A stretch of DNA of 64,000 bases from Octopus vulgaris (GCA_951406725.2 OX597817.1:131812001-131876000), one strand, 5' to 3'; positions 38,035-51,160 are shown, counted from the stretch's first letter. Made by a program: numbers and translations. Notes: generated by a model not told the origin, from the letters alone.

Positions 38035-38406
38035 CAGGCGCTGCGTGGGTGTGGTAAGAAGCTTGCTTCACAACCACATGGTTCCGGGTTCAGTCCCACT
38101 GCATGGCACCTTGGGACAATGTCTTCTACTATAGCCTCGGGCCGACCAAATCCCTATTTATATATATATATATATCACCATGATAGACCGCTAGCCACTA
38201 AACCATTTTTTATTCTCTCTCTGTTTATTTTCTCGTGTTCCTTTCTGTTGAAGAGCGTAGGATCGAAACGTAAAAGACTTTCTCACCTTCCCGAACGTTA
38301 AACTAATAAATCTGTTTGTTGTTTACACACATGTCTTTACTTTTTTTGTAAATTCCGACTATATATATATATATATATATTGATTGATAGAGAGAGAGAG
38401 AGAGTG

Positions 38407-38458
<52 letters not shown>

Positions 38459-38690
38459 TTATCTATATGTGTGTGTGTGCATTTGTGCATGTGTATTTGT
38501 CTCCCCAGAATCGCTTGACAACCGATGTTGTGTGTTTACGTCCCCGTGACTTAGCGGTTCAGCAATAGAAACCGATAGAATAAGTACTAGGCTTACAAAG
38601 AATAAGTCCTGAGACTGATTTGTTCGACTGAGGGTAATGCTCCTGCATACCCACAGCCAAATAACTAAAACAAGTAAATGCATAAAGAAT
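38035..38690 (+). mobile_element. SINE family B interrupted in its microsatellite core by an H2 element
   Basis: Head at 38035-38150 (GTGGTAAGAAGCTTGC..CATGGTTCCGGGTTCAGTCCCACTGC) and tail at 38480-38690 (GCTTGACAACCGATG..GATAGAATAAGTACTAGGCTTACAAAG). Confidence 0.85.
38176..38361 (+). mobile_element. Family H2 element with hammerhead-like motif at 38241-38276
   Basis: CTTT-CTGTTGA-A-GAG-cgtagg-ATC-GAAA-CGT-A-AAAG (stem I CTTT/AAAG); (TA)n flanks. Confidence 0.7.
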
Positions 38691-38721
<31 letters not shown>

Positions 38722-39094
38722 AAAACCTTACTTGGAAATGGGTGCGTGGCGTTCAATCAAATAATAATATGTATATATATATATATATATGCATATATGG
38801 GTACAGGACGTCACCAACAGCCAACAGCGTGAAATACGAAAGCAAATGAGTTAAATACGCAAACAACCAGAGAAACTAATGGAAAACAGGAAAAGTAACA
38901 TAAAGAACGACCCTTCATCAGTTGATGGCTGTCTATCTACTCCTCATTTCGAGCATCGGGCGACAATATGAGTCTTTGAAGACAATTTCTCCCATAAGTA
39001 CCAAAATATAATTTGGGATTTATGGAGGGTCAAAGTTGTGAACAAAAATAGGATAGTGGAAACCTTCAAGGAAACTAATCGAAAACAAACATGA

Positions 39095-39154
39095 AGGGTC
39101 ATTAGACCAGAACGAGGGTCATTAGACAAGAACGAGGGTCATCAGACCAGAACG
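39095..39154. repeat. 20-bp minisatellite x3
   Basis: AGGGTCATTAGACCAGAACG-type unit at 39095, 39115 and 39135. Confidence 0.9.
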
Positions 39155-39169
39155 CTGGAGAAATATTTT

Positions 39170-39690
39170 CAGGGTGCGTTATATATTTGAGGACAGATTC
39201 ATGCTGACTATGGCAGCTTTCATAGAATCTTTTGCGTTATGGGCGTGTTCATTGACCTGCTTCTCAACAACGCTCCACAGGTAATAGTCCACGGAATTGA
39301 GATCTGGGGAATTAGAAAATCAAACGTTTGGTTTTATGTGATCACGAAAACTTTTAGCCGCCCATTACTGTGTGATAGTTCAGAGTCTTACTGAAGCACA
39401 TATGGCCTTCCATTGCAGACACTGTCTATCCAGAGCTTAACAATTATTTTCAGGGCCTAAATGTAGGTAGCAGATTTAACTTTAAGGCTTTGTGGAAAGA
39501 AATAAGGTGGCATCACATGTCCTTCACTGCTGACAACCCCTAAATCCATGACAGTTTCAGGAAATTTTGTATGCATAGCGCTTGGGACTTCAGAAGCGTC
39601 TGCACACAACCATCTTTCATTTCTTCTGTTAATATTTGATCTTGGTCGAATTTTTTCTCGTTAGAGAAAAGCAAAATCAAATCTTCCGCT
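39170..39690 (-). pseudogene. maT/DD37D-like Tc1-mariner transposase fragment
   Basis: Minus-strand peptides FSNEKKFDQDQ, MHTKFPETVMDLGVVSSEGHVMPPYFFPQSLK and SNSPDLNSVDYYLWSVVEKQVN; frameshifts prevent counting the D-D spacing. Confidence 0.8.
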
Positions 39691-39916
39691 AGATTTTTCG
39701 TGCATAATAAAACCAAGAAAAGGAGTAGAGGGAACTTGTGGTGGGGAGCAAGAAATCCACCGTCTCGGAGAGAGGGATTCTCCAAGGGCAGGTTGACAAG
39801 AAAGAAATTAACGAGAGGTTGCAGAATCCTGAGATCATATAAAACTATAACCTACTGTTAGAAAATTACTATTTTCAAATCTCACAACGAGAGATATTCA
39901 GTAACAATAATTTGGA

Positions 39917-40265
39917 GTAAAGATTGTTAGTCAACACAGCATGGCAGTCCTAGTTTAGGACGAATGTTGCTGTAATTTAGCCCCAAGAGACATCGTCTCC
40001 AACTGGCTATACGACAGAATGTGTGTCCTTATATTTTTCAACAAGGGGAACTAGCGCCCCCACTCAGCACAAAACAATAACCCACAAATCGCGATACACA
40101 GATATTGTCTTGGGCTGAGTGGGGGTGCTAGATTCCCTTGTTCGAAAATATAAGGAATGAGATTGTGTCATATAGCCAGCTGGAGTCAATGTCTCCTGGG
40201 GCTAAATTACAGCAACATTCGTCCTAAATCAGGACTGTCATGTTATGTTGGCAAACAAATTTTAC
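39917..40265. mobile_element. Foldback/MITE-like palindromic element (~160-bp arms, ~23-nt loop)
   Basis: TTTAGGACGAATGTTGCTGTAATTTAGCCCCA is perfectly complementary to TGGGGCTAAATTACAGCAACATTCGTCCTAAA; pairing continues to CTAGCGCCCCCACTCAGC/GCTGAGTGGGGGTGCTAG. Confidence 0.9.
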
Positions 40266-40378
40266 CCTATAATCTGCTGTGTCTCTAATTTCTACTGTAA
40301 TCTTTTCCCCGAATATGTCACATGTATGCATGTATGTATGTATGTATGTATGTATGTATGTATGTATGTATGTATGTG

Positions 40379-40427
<49 letters not shown>

Positions 40428-40440
40428 ATATGTATGTATT

Positions 40441-40478
<38 letters not shown>

Positions 40479-40481
<3 letters not shown>

Positions 40482-41758
40482 GGATGCTCGGAAAGTTCGT
40501 GCCGATTTTTAAAGGAGAGAAAGGTCAATAAATACTTGCCATTACATTTTGTATCAACCAAAAATTAGCCATTTTGTTGCATAATGTCTCTCCATCTTTC
40601 CTTTAACTTGAAAATACCCACTTCTCAGAATCGAGGTGGTTTCATGGCAAAGAACTCATCAAGGTATCTTTTTACGTCATCCAAGGAATTGAAGTTGTTA
40701 CCATTAAGACTATCCTGCAGAGACCTGAATAAGTGGAAATCCGAAGGAGCAATATCTGGTGAATATGGAGGGTGAGGTAACACATCCCAGCTGAGCTGCA
40801 GCAATTTTTGCCTGGTTCCCAAAGAAACGTGCGGTCTTGCATTATCGGGTTGGAAAACAACACCCTTCCTGTTGGCCCATTCTGGACGTTTCTCTTGAAT
40901 TGCTGCCAGTAACGCGTCCAGTGGTGTGCAGTATTTCTCAGAATTAATTGTCTGGTTACTGGGGAGAAGCACATAGTACACAATTCCTTTCCAATCTCAT
41001 CAGACACAAATTAAGACCTTTTTAGAGTGAAGGCCCGCTTTTGGGGTGGCTAAGGCTGACTGATGTCGCTTACTCCAGGATCACTTTCTCAGAACATTTC
41101 GGTAGATAATCCATTTCTCATCACCTGCCACAATTTGCTTTAAAAAAAGGCGCGTTTTCATTCCGTTTATAAAGCGAATCACAGATGGAAATGCGATCCA
41201 AAAGGTTCTCACTCAACTCATGTGGTAGCCAAATATCGTAGCGATTTGTGTACCCAAGCTTTACCAGGTGCTCATGAACAACGGATTTTGATAGGTTGAG
41301 GCTTTCTGCTAATTCTCGGGTTGTGCAAGGTGGGTTATTCTCAATTAATGACTTGATTTGGTCATCATCTATAGTGGATGGTTTGCTTGATCGCTCTTTA
41401 TCAATAATGCTACAATCTCCAGCTCGGAACCTTGCGAACCACTTCCGTACAGTTCTTTCAGATAAAGAAATATCACTGTAAACTGCACATATTTCTTTGT
41501 TTGTTTGTGAGGCATTTTTCTCTTTACGGAAAAAGAAAAGCATCAAGTGCCGAAAATGAACTTTCTTATCTTCCATTTGAAAGGGTTACAGAATTAACAC
41601 AGGTTATAGGAACATAAAACTTCTATCACAAAAAGATAGCTTAAACTGTGCTCTAAATGGAGGTGTAGTCAAATCCTATTTTATGGACTCAACCATGTTC
41701 TAAAATTAGTCGAAAATTAAGCTACTATAAATCGGCACGAACTTTCCGGACAACCCAT
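40479..41758 (-). mobile_element. Full-length mariner DNA transposon (~1.28 kb)
   Basis: TIRs TTGGGATGCTCGGAAAGTTCGTGCCGATTT and AAATCGGCACGAACTTTCCGGACAACCCAT; left end abuts (TA)n. Confidence 0.95.
40560..41576 (-). pseudogene. DD34D mariner transposase pseudogene (mellifera-subfamily-like)
   Basis: MEDKKVHFRHLMLFFFRKEKNASQ..TVRKWFARFR (HTH), WLPHELSE, GDEKWIIY, PDNARPH and YSPDIAPSDFHLF with 34 residues between the 2nd and 3rd Asp; frameshifts and stops. Confidence 0.95.
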
Positions 41759-42304
41759 TTAAATCGGTAATTGTTTCTGGTGTTAAAATCTTCATTTTTG
41801 ACACATTTTCACTTTAACAATTTTCGGCTACAATTTAGAATTTCCATTCAAGCCTAACAGACTCTTATATCGGAAGCAGACAATAAACCGAATCAGGTGA
41901 TCTCAGAAAACGATAAACTTGAGAAGTGGTGAAGTTGATCATTTGAACTGACCGATCAATGAATGGCACGAGGATCGATTTCGGTAATCATTTCATTGAG
42001 CAAATCGATTCCTTTACAGAATAGACGAATTTAGCGATAAACATGTTATCAATTCAAATTGACCCGTAGCAAGTGTATATTATAGTATCAACAGAACTCC
42101 AGTGTGTACTTGGTGATGGATGGTCGGTGTTAATATTTCCTACAAGATGGCTCCCTTGTGTTTTTCCAATAGCCAATCAGTGGAGAAAATATCGATTATT
42201 TCACTTCATCTTTTCTTCCTCCTCCTTTCCCCTATGAGTATCTATGTGTTTGTTTAAAGTTATGAAAGGAGAAAGGAAACCAGTTTAGATATAGTTGCTT
42301 GAAT

Positions 42305-42485
42305 TTGGGCATTTAAACTCGGTGATGTCGGGTGTTCTTGAACAAAACAATTTATTTCAAGTTGCTCTTGTCTATTTAGCTGTGGAGTAATCCTGTGGTC
42401 AACTAGCGTCCTGTACAGGGGTACGTTGTAATGTCGGTCTTATATACACCATAAAACCCGGAGAACCGGCCCTATGAGTCCCAAA
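42305..42485 (+). mobile_element. Degenerate SINE with V-domain-like body
   Basis: GTGTTCTTGAACAAAACAATTTATTTCAAGTTGCTC, then ATCCTGTGGTCAACTAGCGTCCTGTACAGGGG..CCCGGAGAACCGGCCCTATGAG, resembling V-SINE CCTGCGATGGACTGGCGTCCCGTCCAGGG. Confidence 0.55.
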
Positions 42486-43134
42486 AATTGAGATAGTAAT
42501 GTCCAGGAATTACTATTTAAAACAACGTAGAGGCCACCGGCATACATAAGCGAGTATGGCTTGGTAGCATGCTCTGTGCTGTTATAGGCACTTCTTTAGT
42601 CCCGTCACTGCTCTCCTTTCCCCTTGGCCCCAGTGGTAGTTTCAGGATGTTACAGCTGAGGGGTAAAAGAGTTGGGTAGAATTGCACTCGGTTGCCATTC
42701 ATTGCAGCAGAACACTATAGCAAAATTACAAGAAAAGGAGTCTTTGCTAGAAGAGACAACGAACCGTCTGGTCAAGAAACTGAACCCAGAATTTTATGAA
42801 CATACTGGGATTTATTCAATTCAGGGCCCTTGAGCTTACATAAAAAAATCCCTGACTAATAATAAGTATTTGCATAACTCGATGCAATTGCTGTTGTCGA
42901 TAAGTTTATAACGAAAGATGTTCCAGAAGAGACCATTATGTCCTTATTGCATAAGCACTGCATTTAATAATGCATCGTTGTTATTTTACAATATTTGAAT
43001 GACATTGTAGAAGGCTTTGGCTGCTATTTCGAGGATGTTGAGGAAATTACGTAGAAGAGTTTTAGTAGGTGAATAATAAAAGTGTGCCGTCTAAGATCTG
43101 GTTGTTATTTCGAGGATATTTTTGTTGTTGTTGT

Positions 43135-43608
43135 TCACTTGTTTCAGTTCTTAGTCTTCGGCCATGCTGGGGCATCGGCTTGAAGAAATTTTAGTCGAAG
43201 AAATCGACCACAGTAATTATGTTTTTGCAAAGATCAGTACTTATTCTATCGTTCTCTTTCGCCGAACTGCTAACTTTTGGGGATGTCAAACACACTAACA
43301 CCGATGATCAAGAGGAGGTGGAAGGCAAAGACACACACACACACACACATACACACAAACATACGCGTATATATATATAGATATATATAGATATATATAT
43401 ATATATAGATATATATATATAAATATATATTTATATATATTTACGACTGACGTCTTTCAGTTTCTGTCAACCAAATCTGCTCACAAGGCTTTGGTCGCTC
43501 TGATGCTATAGTAGAAGATACTAAGCCAAGGTGCCACACAGTGGGACTGAACCCGCAACCATGTGTTTGGGAAGCAAATTTCTTACCACATAGCCACTTC
43601 TGCACCTG
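43135..43608 (-). mobile_element. SINE family B, full length
   Basis: Head CCAAGGTGCCACACAGTGGGACTGAACCCG..TTCTTACCACATAGCCACTTCTGCACC (read on +) and tail CACTTGTTTCAG..GGCCATGCTGGGGCA..AGTACTTATTCTATCG. Confidence 0.9.
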
Positions 43609-45736
43609 TCTAGAAAAGCACGTGCAGAAGGTGGCGTAGCTGATATAATACGGGCGACGTCTAAGATTTGGTTGCTATTTCTAGGATGTCTACGAAATCA
43701 TGTAGAGGGGTTTTATTAAGTAAAGAAAGTGTGACGTCCATGCTTAAGTGAATTGAAATTTGATTCATGCGGATATTGTCAGGTAATTACTTGTTGATCG
43801 CACACATTGCTCGTTTCTTTTCAGTTCTAATGTAAAATGTTGATTGCCTATACATTAGACATCACCGATAATGTTGTTCCTTCAATCAGTTCCTGTTACA
43901 CATGAAATAAATCACTGGAAATTCTTCTATAGAAGTTCTCTTAACTACAATAATTATTCTTGACTTGGCCTTTCAACCATTTCAACACAAGAAATAGATT
44001 TTTCCGTCCTTTTTCTTATTTATTTATTTAGATATTTATTTCCTATTTTATCAATGCCTCTCTGTCACATCTATCTCTTGTCCTCACCGTAACATACCCA
44101 CTTTTCCCACTTTTCCCACTTTCCCTCTTTCTTCATATCTTTCCATCTTTTCATCGCTCTCTCCATTTTATTAATCTGTCTTTCGCTTTTTCCTCTCTTG
44201 CTCTTATTCTCAGTTCCTCTACGGTTTTAAAGTTCCTCACATCTTTCCATATCGCTTCTCTTAATTTCTTTGAGTTAGTCAATAAGAAAACGAACTTGTT
44301 TAACACCAGGTCGTTCCTGATCCGGCAAACTTATGATCAAAGACTAACTAACCTTGAACGTCCGATTATTTTGCATAAACAGTGCATTAAACAATAATAT
44401 TTGTCCTTCATTCCACACACTCCGCCATTTTTTAAGAAGACAATACACAAATATTTCAAGGAGATTTAAGAATATACATACATAAATACATACGTACGTA
44501 CACACACGCGCGCGCGCGCGCACACACACATTATATATATATATATAGACACACATACACATTGCACAAATCATGAACAGGCGGTTATATATATGTATGT
44601 ATGTTTGTAAGTATGTACGAATGTATATACACATAGAGAGGGAGAGAGAGAAAAAGCTGTGGAAATCTAACGTTATTTATGGGAAATTATAAAGAATTTT
44701 ATAAAATTAAACATAATGTATATTTCCCTATAATTATCAATAGAAATAATTATACATTTATATTATTTGTGTTTATATATTTATTTGTTTCTTTATTTTG
44801 TATATTTGTTAGAGAATGTTTTTGAGCATCGCTCAACTTCTCACTCTCTTTCTTTCTTTTTTCTCCCCTCTCTCTCTCCTTCTCTCTGTACGCACACGTA
44901 TGCACATCTGTGTATGTATGTACTTATCTACAATTCTTCCTCATTGAGTGTATATATATATATATATATATATGCAAGTTTGTGTATGCATGTGTTTATG
45001 TTTGAGCGTGTATATGTGTGTGTGTGTATGTATATGTATTTATAAACGACTACACATATATACATATACATATATATATGTATGTATATAGATATATATA
45101 TATATATATACAAAGATATATATGCATTTTTGTGTACATGTATATATGTGTGTATATATACGCACGTGATTGTATTTACGTGAGAATGTATGCCTGTATG
45201 CGTGTGTGTGTGTGTGTGTGTACTTATGCGTGTGAATGTGTATGCGCAATTGTGATCCTGTGTGCATTGTAGAATGTGTGTTTGTGTCTGGGCGTGTGTA
45301 GTAGATGTTGCTAATTTTAGGATTTATACTTTTAAAGTATGTCAGGATATTATAGTGCAGAGCCGATGGAAGAGAAGCAGAAAATAAACTAAATCGCAGA
45401 ACATTGAAGGTGAATTAGGTAAGACAGAGAGAGAGAGAGAGAGAGAGACAGAGACAGAGAGAGAGATGGGAGGGAGAGAGATTGAGAGGGAGAGAGAGAG
45501 GTGGAGAGGAGAGTGACGCAGAGAATTCAAGACAGAATGGAAATGATTGAGGCTGCAAGATAAATTGGCAAAATTCTGTATCAAATATGATCTTACTAAT
45601 AAAATATCGAATTTGTGTTGTATTTCAATAGGCTCTATTATACTATATGTATATTGAATGAGCTGAAAAATGCCAGAAACACGTGATCACATGCACAGAC
45701 TGGTAGACAGAAATCTAAATGTAATATGTAAGCTCA

Positions 45737-45871
<135 letters not shown>

Positions 45872-45884
45872 GATCGATCGATCG

Positions 45885-45955
<71 letters not shown>

Positions 45956-45962
45956 CATCTCT

Positions 45963-46370
45963 ATCACCAAACTGGAACACATACTCTTCCGCTTCTCGTG
46001 GAAGGGAAGGGTTCCGATGGTTAGGCGATCCATTTGCTGTCAACGACCGCTAAATGGAGGGTAGACATGTCGTGGTCGATCATGCGCAGACATGCGGTGA
46101 GACTGCGACATCTCCAGCGCTTCGTAGACTACAGTGAACAGGTGTGGTTGCCGTTTGTGCGACGCGCTTTTCCGCAGCTCGTCACCTTGGTCGAACTGCA
46201 GTCGTGGATCAGAGACCGAGGCTAGGCGAATGGCAAAGCGAGTGTCGCGTTGCTTTCAAACTTGTGCGACTTCATAACAACAAAGGATTAGTGAAGGGGA
46301 GGTGCGATGACGTTCTCGGGCAGAATCTGGGCGTCGACGAGGAACAGATTCTGAAGGGATATACATAATA
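45963..46370 (+). mobile_element. Tx1/L1-clade LINE ORF2 fragment
   Basis: [33 protein letters not shown] / DMSWSIMRRHAVRLRHLQRF matches the post-RT F.W.G....V........P...GGLG motif; GC-rich island. Confidence 0.8.
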
Positions 46371-46454
46371 TACCAGAAACCGCTGTAAGACTACTCTATT
46401 ATAAATGTCCTGAAGTTTCCTCACAGCCTTGACTTTGTTATCTCATTCTGTCTA

Positions 46455-46493
<39 letters not shown>

Positions 46494-46853
46494 GATACAT
46501 ACACACACACACACACAACGCACACACACACACACATACACACACACACACACATATATATATATGTATATATAGGTCTGTCTTTTGATGCTGTATATGC
46601 ATGTTTAATTTTGTTGCATTTGTTTTATTCACTGTCCTGTACATTTGTTAGCTATTCCCAATGGTTTTTCTCCACTAGCGCCACCAAATGTAAATAATAT
46701 TTAACGTTAAAGGCGCGAAATTGTAATGATATTTTCGACGTTGACTGCTGAGGAATAAGCTACGAATGTTCTATTTGTTATAATTTTGTCGTGTCTTGGC
46801 AAAGTCATTCTCTTTAAGTGCTTTATTATTTAACACAGTCACTGGTAAATTTC

Positions 46854-46974
46854 AACTCATTTACTTATTTATTTATCCTAAAATGTTCGATGCATCTTCC
46901 AACATTTTCAATAGTTGCTTGAAAGGGTTGAAAGGTGTAACGAAAAAATTTTACGAAAAATAAATAAATGAGTT
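46854..46974. repeat. Imperfect inverted repeat (~55-bp arms)
   Basis: AACTCATTTA..CCTAAAATGTTCGATGCATCTTCCAACATTTTCAA pairs with TTGAAAGGGTTGAAAGGTGTAACGAAAAATTTTTACG..TAAATGAGTT. Confidence 0.75.
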
Positions 46975-47014
46975 ATATTTTTGAAATATATATATGTGTA
47001 TATATATATATATA

Positions 47015-47098
<84 letters not shown>

Positions 47099-47367
47099 CA
47101 CACATACATATATAGGACACATACATTTAAGGACACTAGGCTAGTGATAGCTTTTTATTTGTATAGTCACGTGTGATGCTCTGAGCGCTCCAACGAAATA
47201 TCTGCTGCGTCCGCCTGGTCTCGAATGGTCCAAGCTTTAAATGAGTTGTAGGGGAAGCGGAGAGCAAAAATAGCAACACGTGAATTTATAACAAATTGTG
47301 AGGACAGAAATGGAGCTTGTGATTTCATATAAGAATATATATTTATATATCAGTTTTCTTCATGTTA

Positions 47368-47510
47368 GCGTGGCTGTGTGGTAAGAGGGTAGCTTTCTAA
47401 CAGCACGGTTCTGGGTTTAGTCCGACTGTGTGTCACATTGTCTTCTACTATGGCCTCAGGCCGGTCCTTGTGAGAGGATTTCGTTGATGGAAACTGAAAG
47501 GAATCTGTTG
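47368..47510 (+). mobile_element. SINE family B head
   Basis: GTGGCTGTGTGGTAAG..GTCTTCTACTATGGCCTCAGGCCG..GGAAACTGAAAG. Confidence 0.75.
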
Positions 47511-47659
47511 TATATAGGGGATGCACACTGGCACTGGACCGGAAAGCAAGGTTGCTAAGCGAACTTCATTAGCACAATTCGGTGCCCGTGCAACAATCTG
47601 TCTATATGTGTGAGGTGTGTTTATGTGTGTGTGTGTGCGTGGATAATGTTTACTGATGG

Positions 47660-47720
<61 letters not shown>

Positions 47721-48402
47721 CTTTTCTATATTTTTTTCTGAGGGGCCCTGAAGTAAACTGTGATTTGAAACGCTAGTGCCAAGTCCGTAGGGTTTATATC
47801 ACACGCACACAAACACATGTACACACGCCCGCACACACACACACACATACACATATATATTGTGACAGAAAAAGTGAGGAATTGAGACAGAGAAAAATAA
47901 ATAAATAAATAGATAAAGAAAAACAGAAAGAAAGGAAGAAAGAACGAAAGAACGAAAGAAAGAACGAAAGAAAGGAAGAGAAATTTTGTTTCAGTTACTT
48001 ATCTTGACAGAAGATCTCGCGGAGATGAATATGAAGTTGTGCAGATTCTTTGGCAAATCTCCAAATTCGTTGTCTCCAATCAAATCATCTCGTATTTGTC
48101 GTCTCGCTTCAGGAAACAGGTGTATGCTTCTTGATTAAAAAAATATAGAACCATTATAATCCGATGAATTGTAAATCCACTTCTTTTGTGTGTTCAGCTG
48201 AATATTTTCCAAAGTGCTTATTGTTCTTAAGTATTGCTTATTTTGGTATTCAGTACGTGTTAGGGAGGTCATTGACGTTTGTTTTCCTCTCCACCACACC
48301 GAACATATTTGTCAAAATAGCTGATAGCCGTGGTTGTATGTATGTATGTATGTATGTATGTATGTATGTATGTATGTATGTATGTATGTGTGTATGTGTG
48401 TA

Positions 48403-48466
<64 letters not shown>

Positions 48467-48692
48467 TTAATATTGGGGAATTTGTTTCCGAGTCCACAGG
48501 GAAGAGAAATTCAATCTAGCAATATCGATAGATTTATTGTCATGAAACGCGCGTAGTCTATCTAATGTATGTGAATCCGATTATTAATTGAAGGTATTAA
48601 GTTGATAATATTTAATATTATATACCTCTATCACAAATAACGTCGTTCAATGTTGATTGAGTAGCTTGAAGGTGGTTCTGTCTCTTAGAAGA

Positions 48693-48757
<65 letters not shown>

Positions 48758-49061
48758 TTCGAAATATAGATTCAGATGAATATGGTACATAAGTTAAAGG
48801 CACCAGAATTTTGTATGGTATTATCCATATAAATCAAATGGGGTGATTATAATCAAAATAAGCAACAAGGATATCCAAGTTAGTATAGTACAATTGTTTC
48901 ATGCTACTTCATTTTATTAAACACTGTAAGAATTACATCAGTTTTAAAATGTCGAACAATCTCCAGCCACATATAGAATTTATCAATTAAACTGACAATG
49001 CGCATTCTTATACATACACACACACACACACACACACATACACACACATACACACACACAT

Positions 49062-49094
<33 letters not shown>

Positions 49095-49279
49095 CATCTT
49101 GGATGTTAACCCTGCGACGAGCCAGTACCCCGTTCAATGTGGGTTGGTGTTGTAGTCTCAGTACTTATTCGATATTTAACCCGAGTTAAGCTCCGGCGTT
49201 TTAACACCCCGGGCTCATGACGGCCAAGTGACCCAACCAAAATTTAAGATACAAATTTGCAATATGAATTTTTTATACA

Positions 49280-49493
49280 CAGTAGTCTCTCGACCACCGC
49301 GGGTGTTGCGTTCTAAAACCTCCCACAGAAATAATTAAAATCTAAAAAAAATATAAATACCCATCGGCCGCAGAAACCCGCGATATACTGAGGATTCCGT
49401 GATATAAAATCGCGATGTACTGAATGCGTGATGGGTGAACCGCGATGCACTGAGTTCGCAATAGGTGAACCGCGATATGGCGACGGATTACTA
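49280..49493. mobile_element. pogo/Tigger-like MITE relative with internal (CCGCGAT..GAA) subrepeats
   Basis: CAGTAGTCTCTCGACCACCGCG..GGTGAACCGCGATATGGCGACGGATTACT; termini resemble 59820-60045. Confidence 0.7.
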
Positions 49494-49651
49494 TAATTCT
49501 ATAATGTTACATAATTTCTATCTATCCCTATAGAGATACTATCTATCCCTATAGAGATACCATGCTCCAGCATGGTCACAACCTTAGGCCTCAAACGTAT
49601 GAAAGAATAGTCCTATAACATTTACTATACAACTAGAATTTGATATAGTAA

Positions 49652-50111
<460 letters not shown>

Positions 50112-50363
50112 GTTTTACTTTTTAAATATGTTCCGATCAAAAATCCGCCATGTTTTATCTCAGCTTACACCCGACGAGATATTTTCTCCTAAATTACCAA
50201 TACTACACTAAGCTGAATGAATCAACACTAATTATTTTGTTCCTGCCTGTTTATAATGAAATACATTTTAATTAGATTTTGTTATAAATTCATGGAAAAG
50301 AAAAAAAAAAACAGTATTTGTTGATGAATGTTATTGATTGTTTACTCTTTCTGTATGTTTCAG

Positions 50364-50473
50364 ATAAACTTTATGGCGATCATTCAGGACACACTGGTCT
50401 TATAAATGGAATACCAGTAAAACCATTATTCCTCACTGATTAATATCACCAGTGAATTGTTTTCAATTATTCG
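50364..50473 (+). other. Candidate spliced exon (non-coding or terminal coding)
   Basis: Acceptor TTTACTCTTTCTGTATGTTTCAG and donor TCG|GTGAGT; stops in all frames; longest frame KLYGDHSGHTGLINGIPVKPLFLTD*. Confidence 0.3.
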
Positions 50474-50894
50474 GTGAGTTGTACTGCCTCATTTTATCTA
50501 CTTTACAAAAGGTCGACGAGCCAAAGATGACGTTTTTTATATCATTGTTACAGGGCATCGCCATTGTTGTTAACCCCGAATCATCTCTGATTAAGATAAC
50601 GTATCCTCATTGGCATTTCAACCGTGACTATCCTGTCTTTTCGTGTCCATGTAGGATTTATCGATTTATTTAATGCTTTCTTTCCATTTCTAAGGCAAAA
50701 GAGTGTGATTTGAGGGAAGTTCGGTTGTTATCTTTGGCGTGCCGTTTGACCTTAGCATCAGTAATACGGGAGTGCAACTATCCAATATATATGTGATGCT
50801 TGTAATCAGCAGATTGCAAGGTACTGTCGAGTTGGGTGAAACATCATAATCCAATTGGATTAGCAATAAAAGTTAGCATTGGTTGTTCTCATAG

Positions 50895-51041
50895 GTTCTG
50901 GATTCACACCCACTGCATGGCACCTTGGGCGTATGTCTTCTACTACAGCATCGGGCCGACCAAAGCTCTGAGAGTGGATTTGGTAGACAGAAGTTGAAAG
51001 AAGTCCGTCGTATTAATATACATATGTGCGTGTGTGTGTGC

Positions 51042-51075
<34 letters not shown>

Positions 51076-51095
51076 ATGCGTGTGTGTGTGTGTGT

Positions 51096-51160
<65 letters not shown>

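Noticed and set aside
38800-38960. CTGATGA on the minus strand (and at ~27831 on the plus strand) as possible hammerheads
   Set aside because: No downstream stem II-GAAA could be formed, and permuted folds gave unconvincing stems.
39095-39154. Short direct repeats as a CRISPR-like array
   Set aside because: Head-to-tail 20-bp units without spacers, in eukaryotic context.
43015-43740. Repeated GATTTGGTTGCTATTTC-type motif around a SINE
   Set aside because: An old degenerate ~80-bp tandem repeat split by the family-B insertion; no evidence of function.
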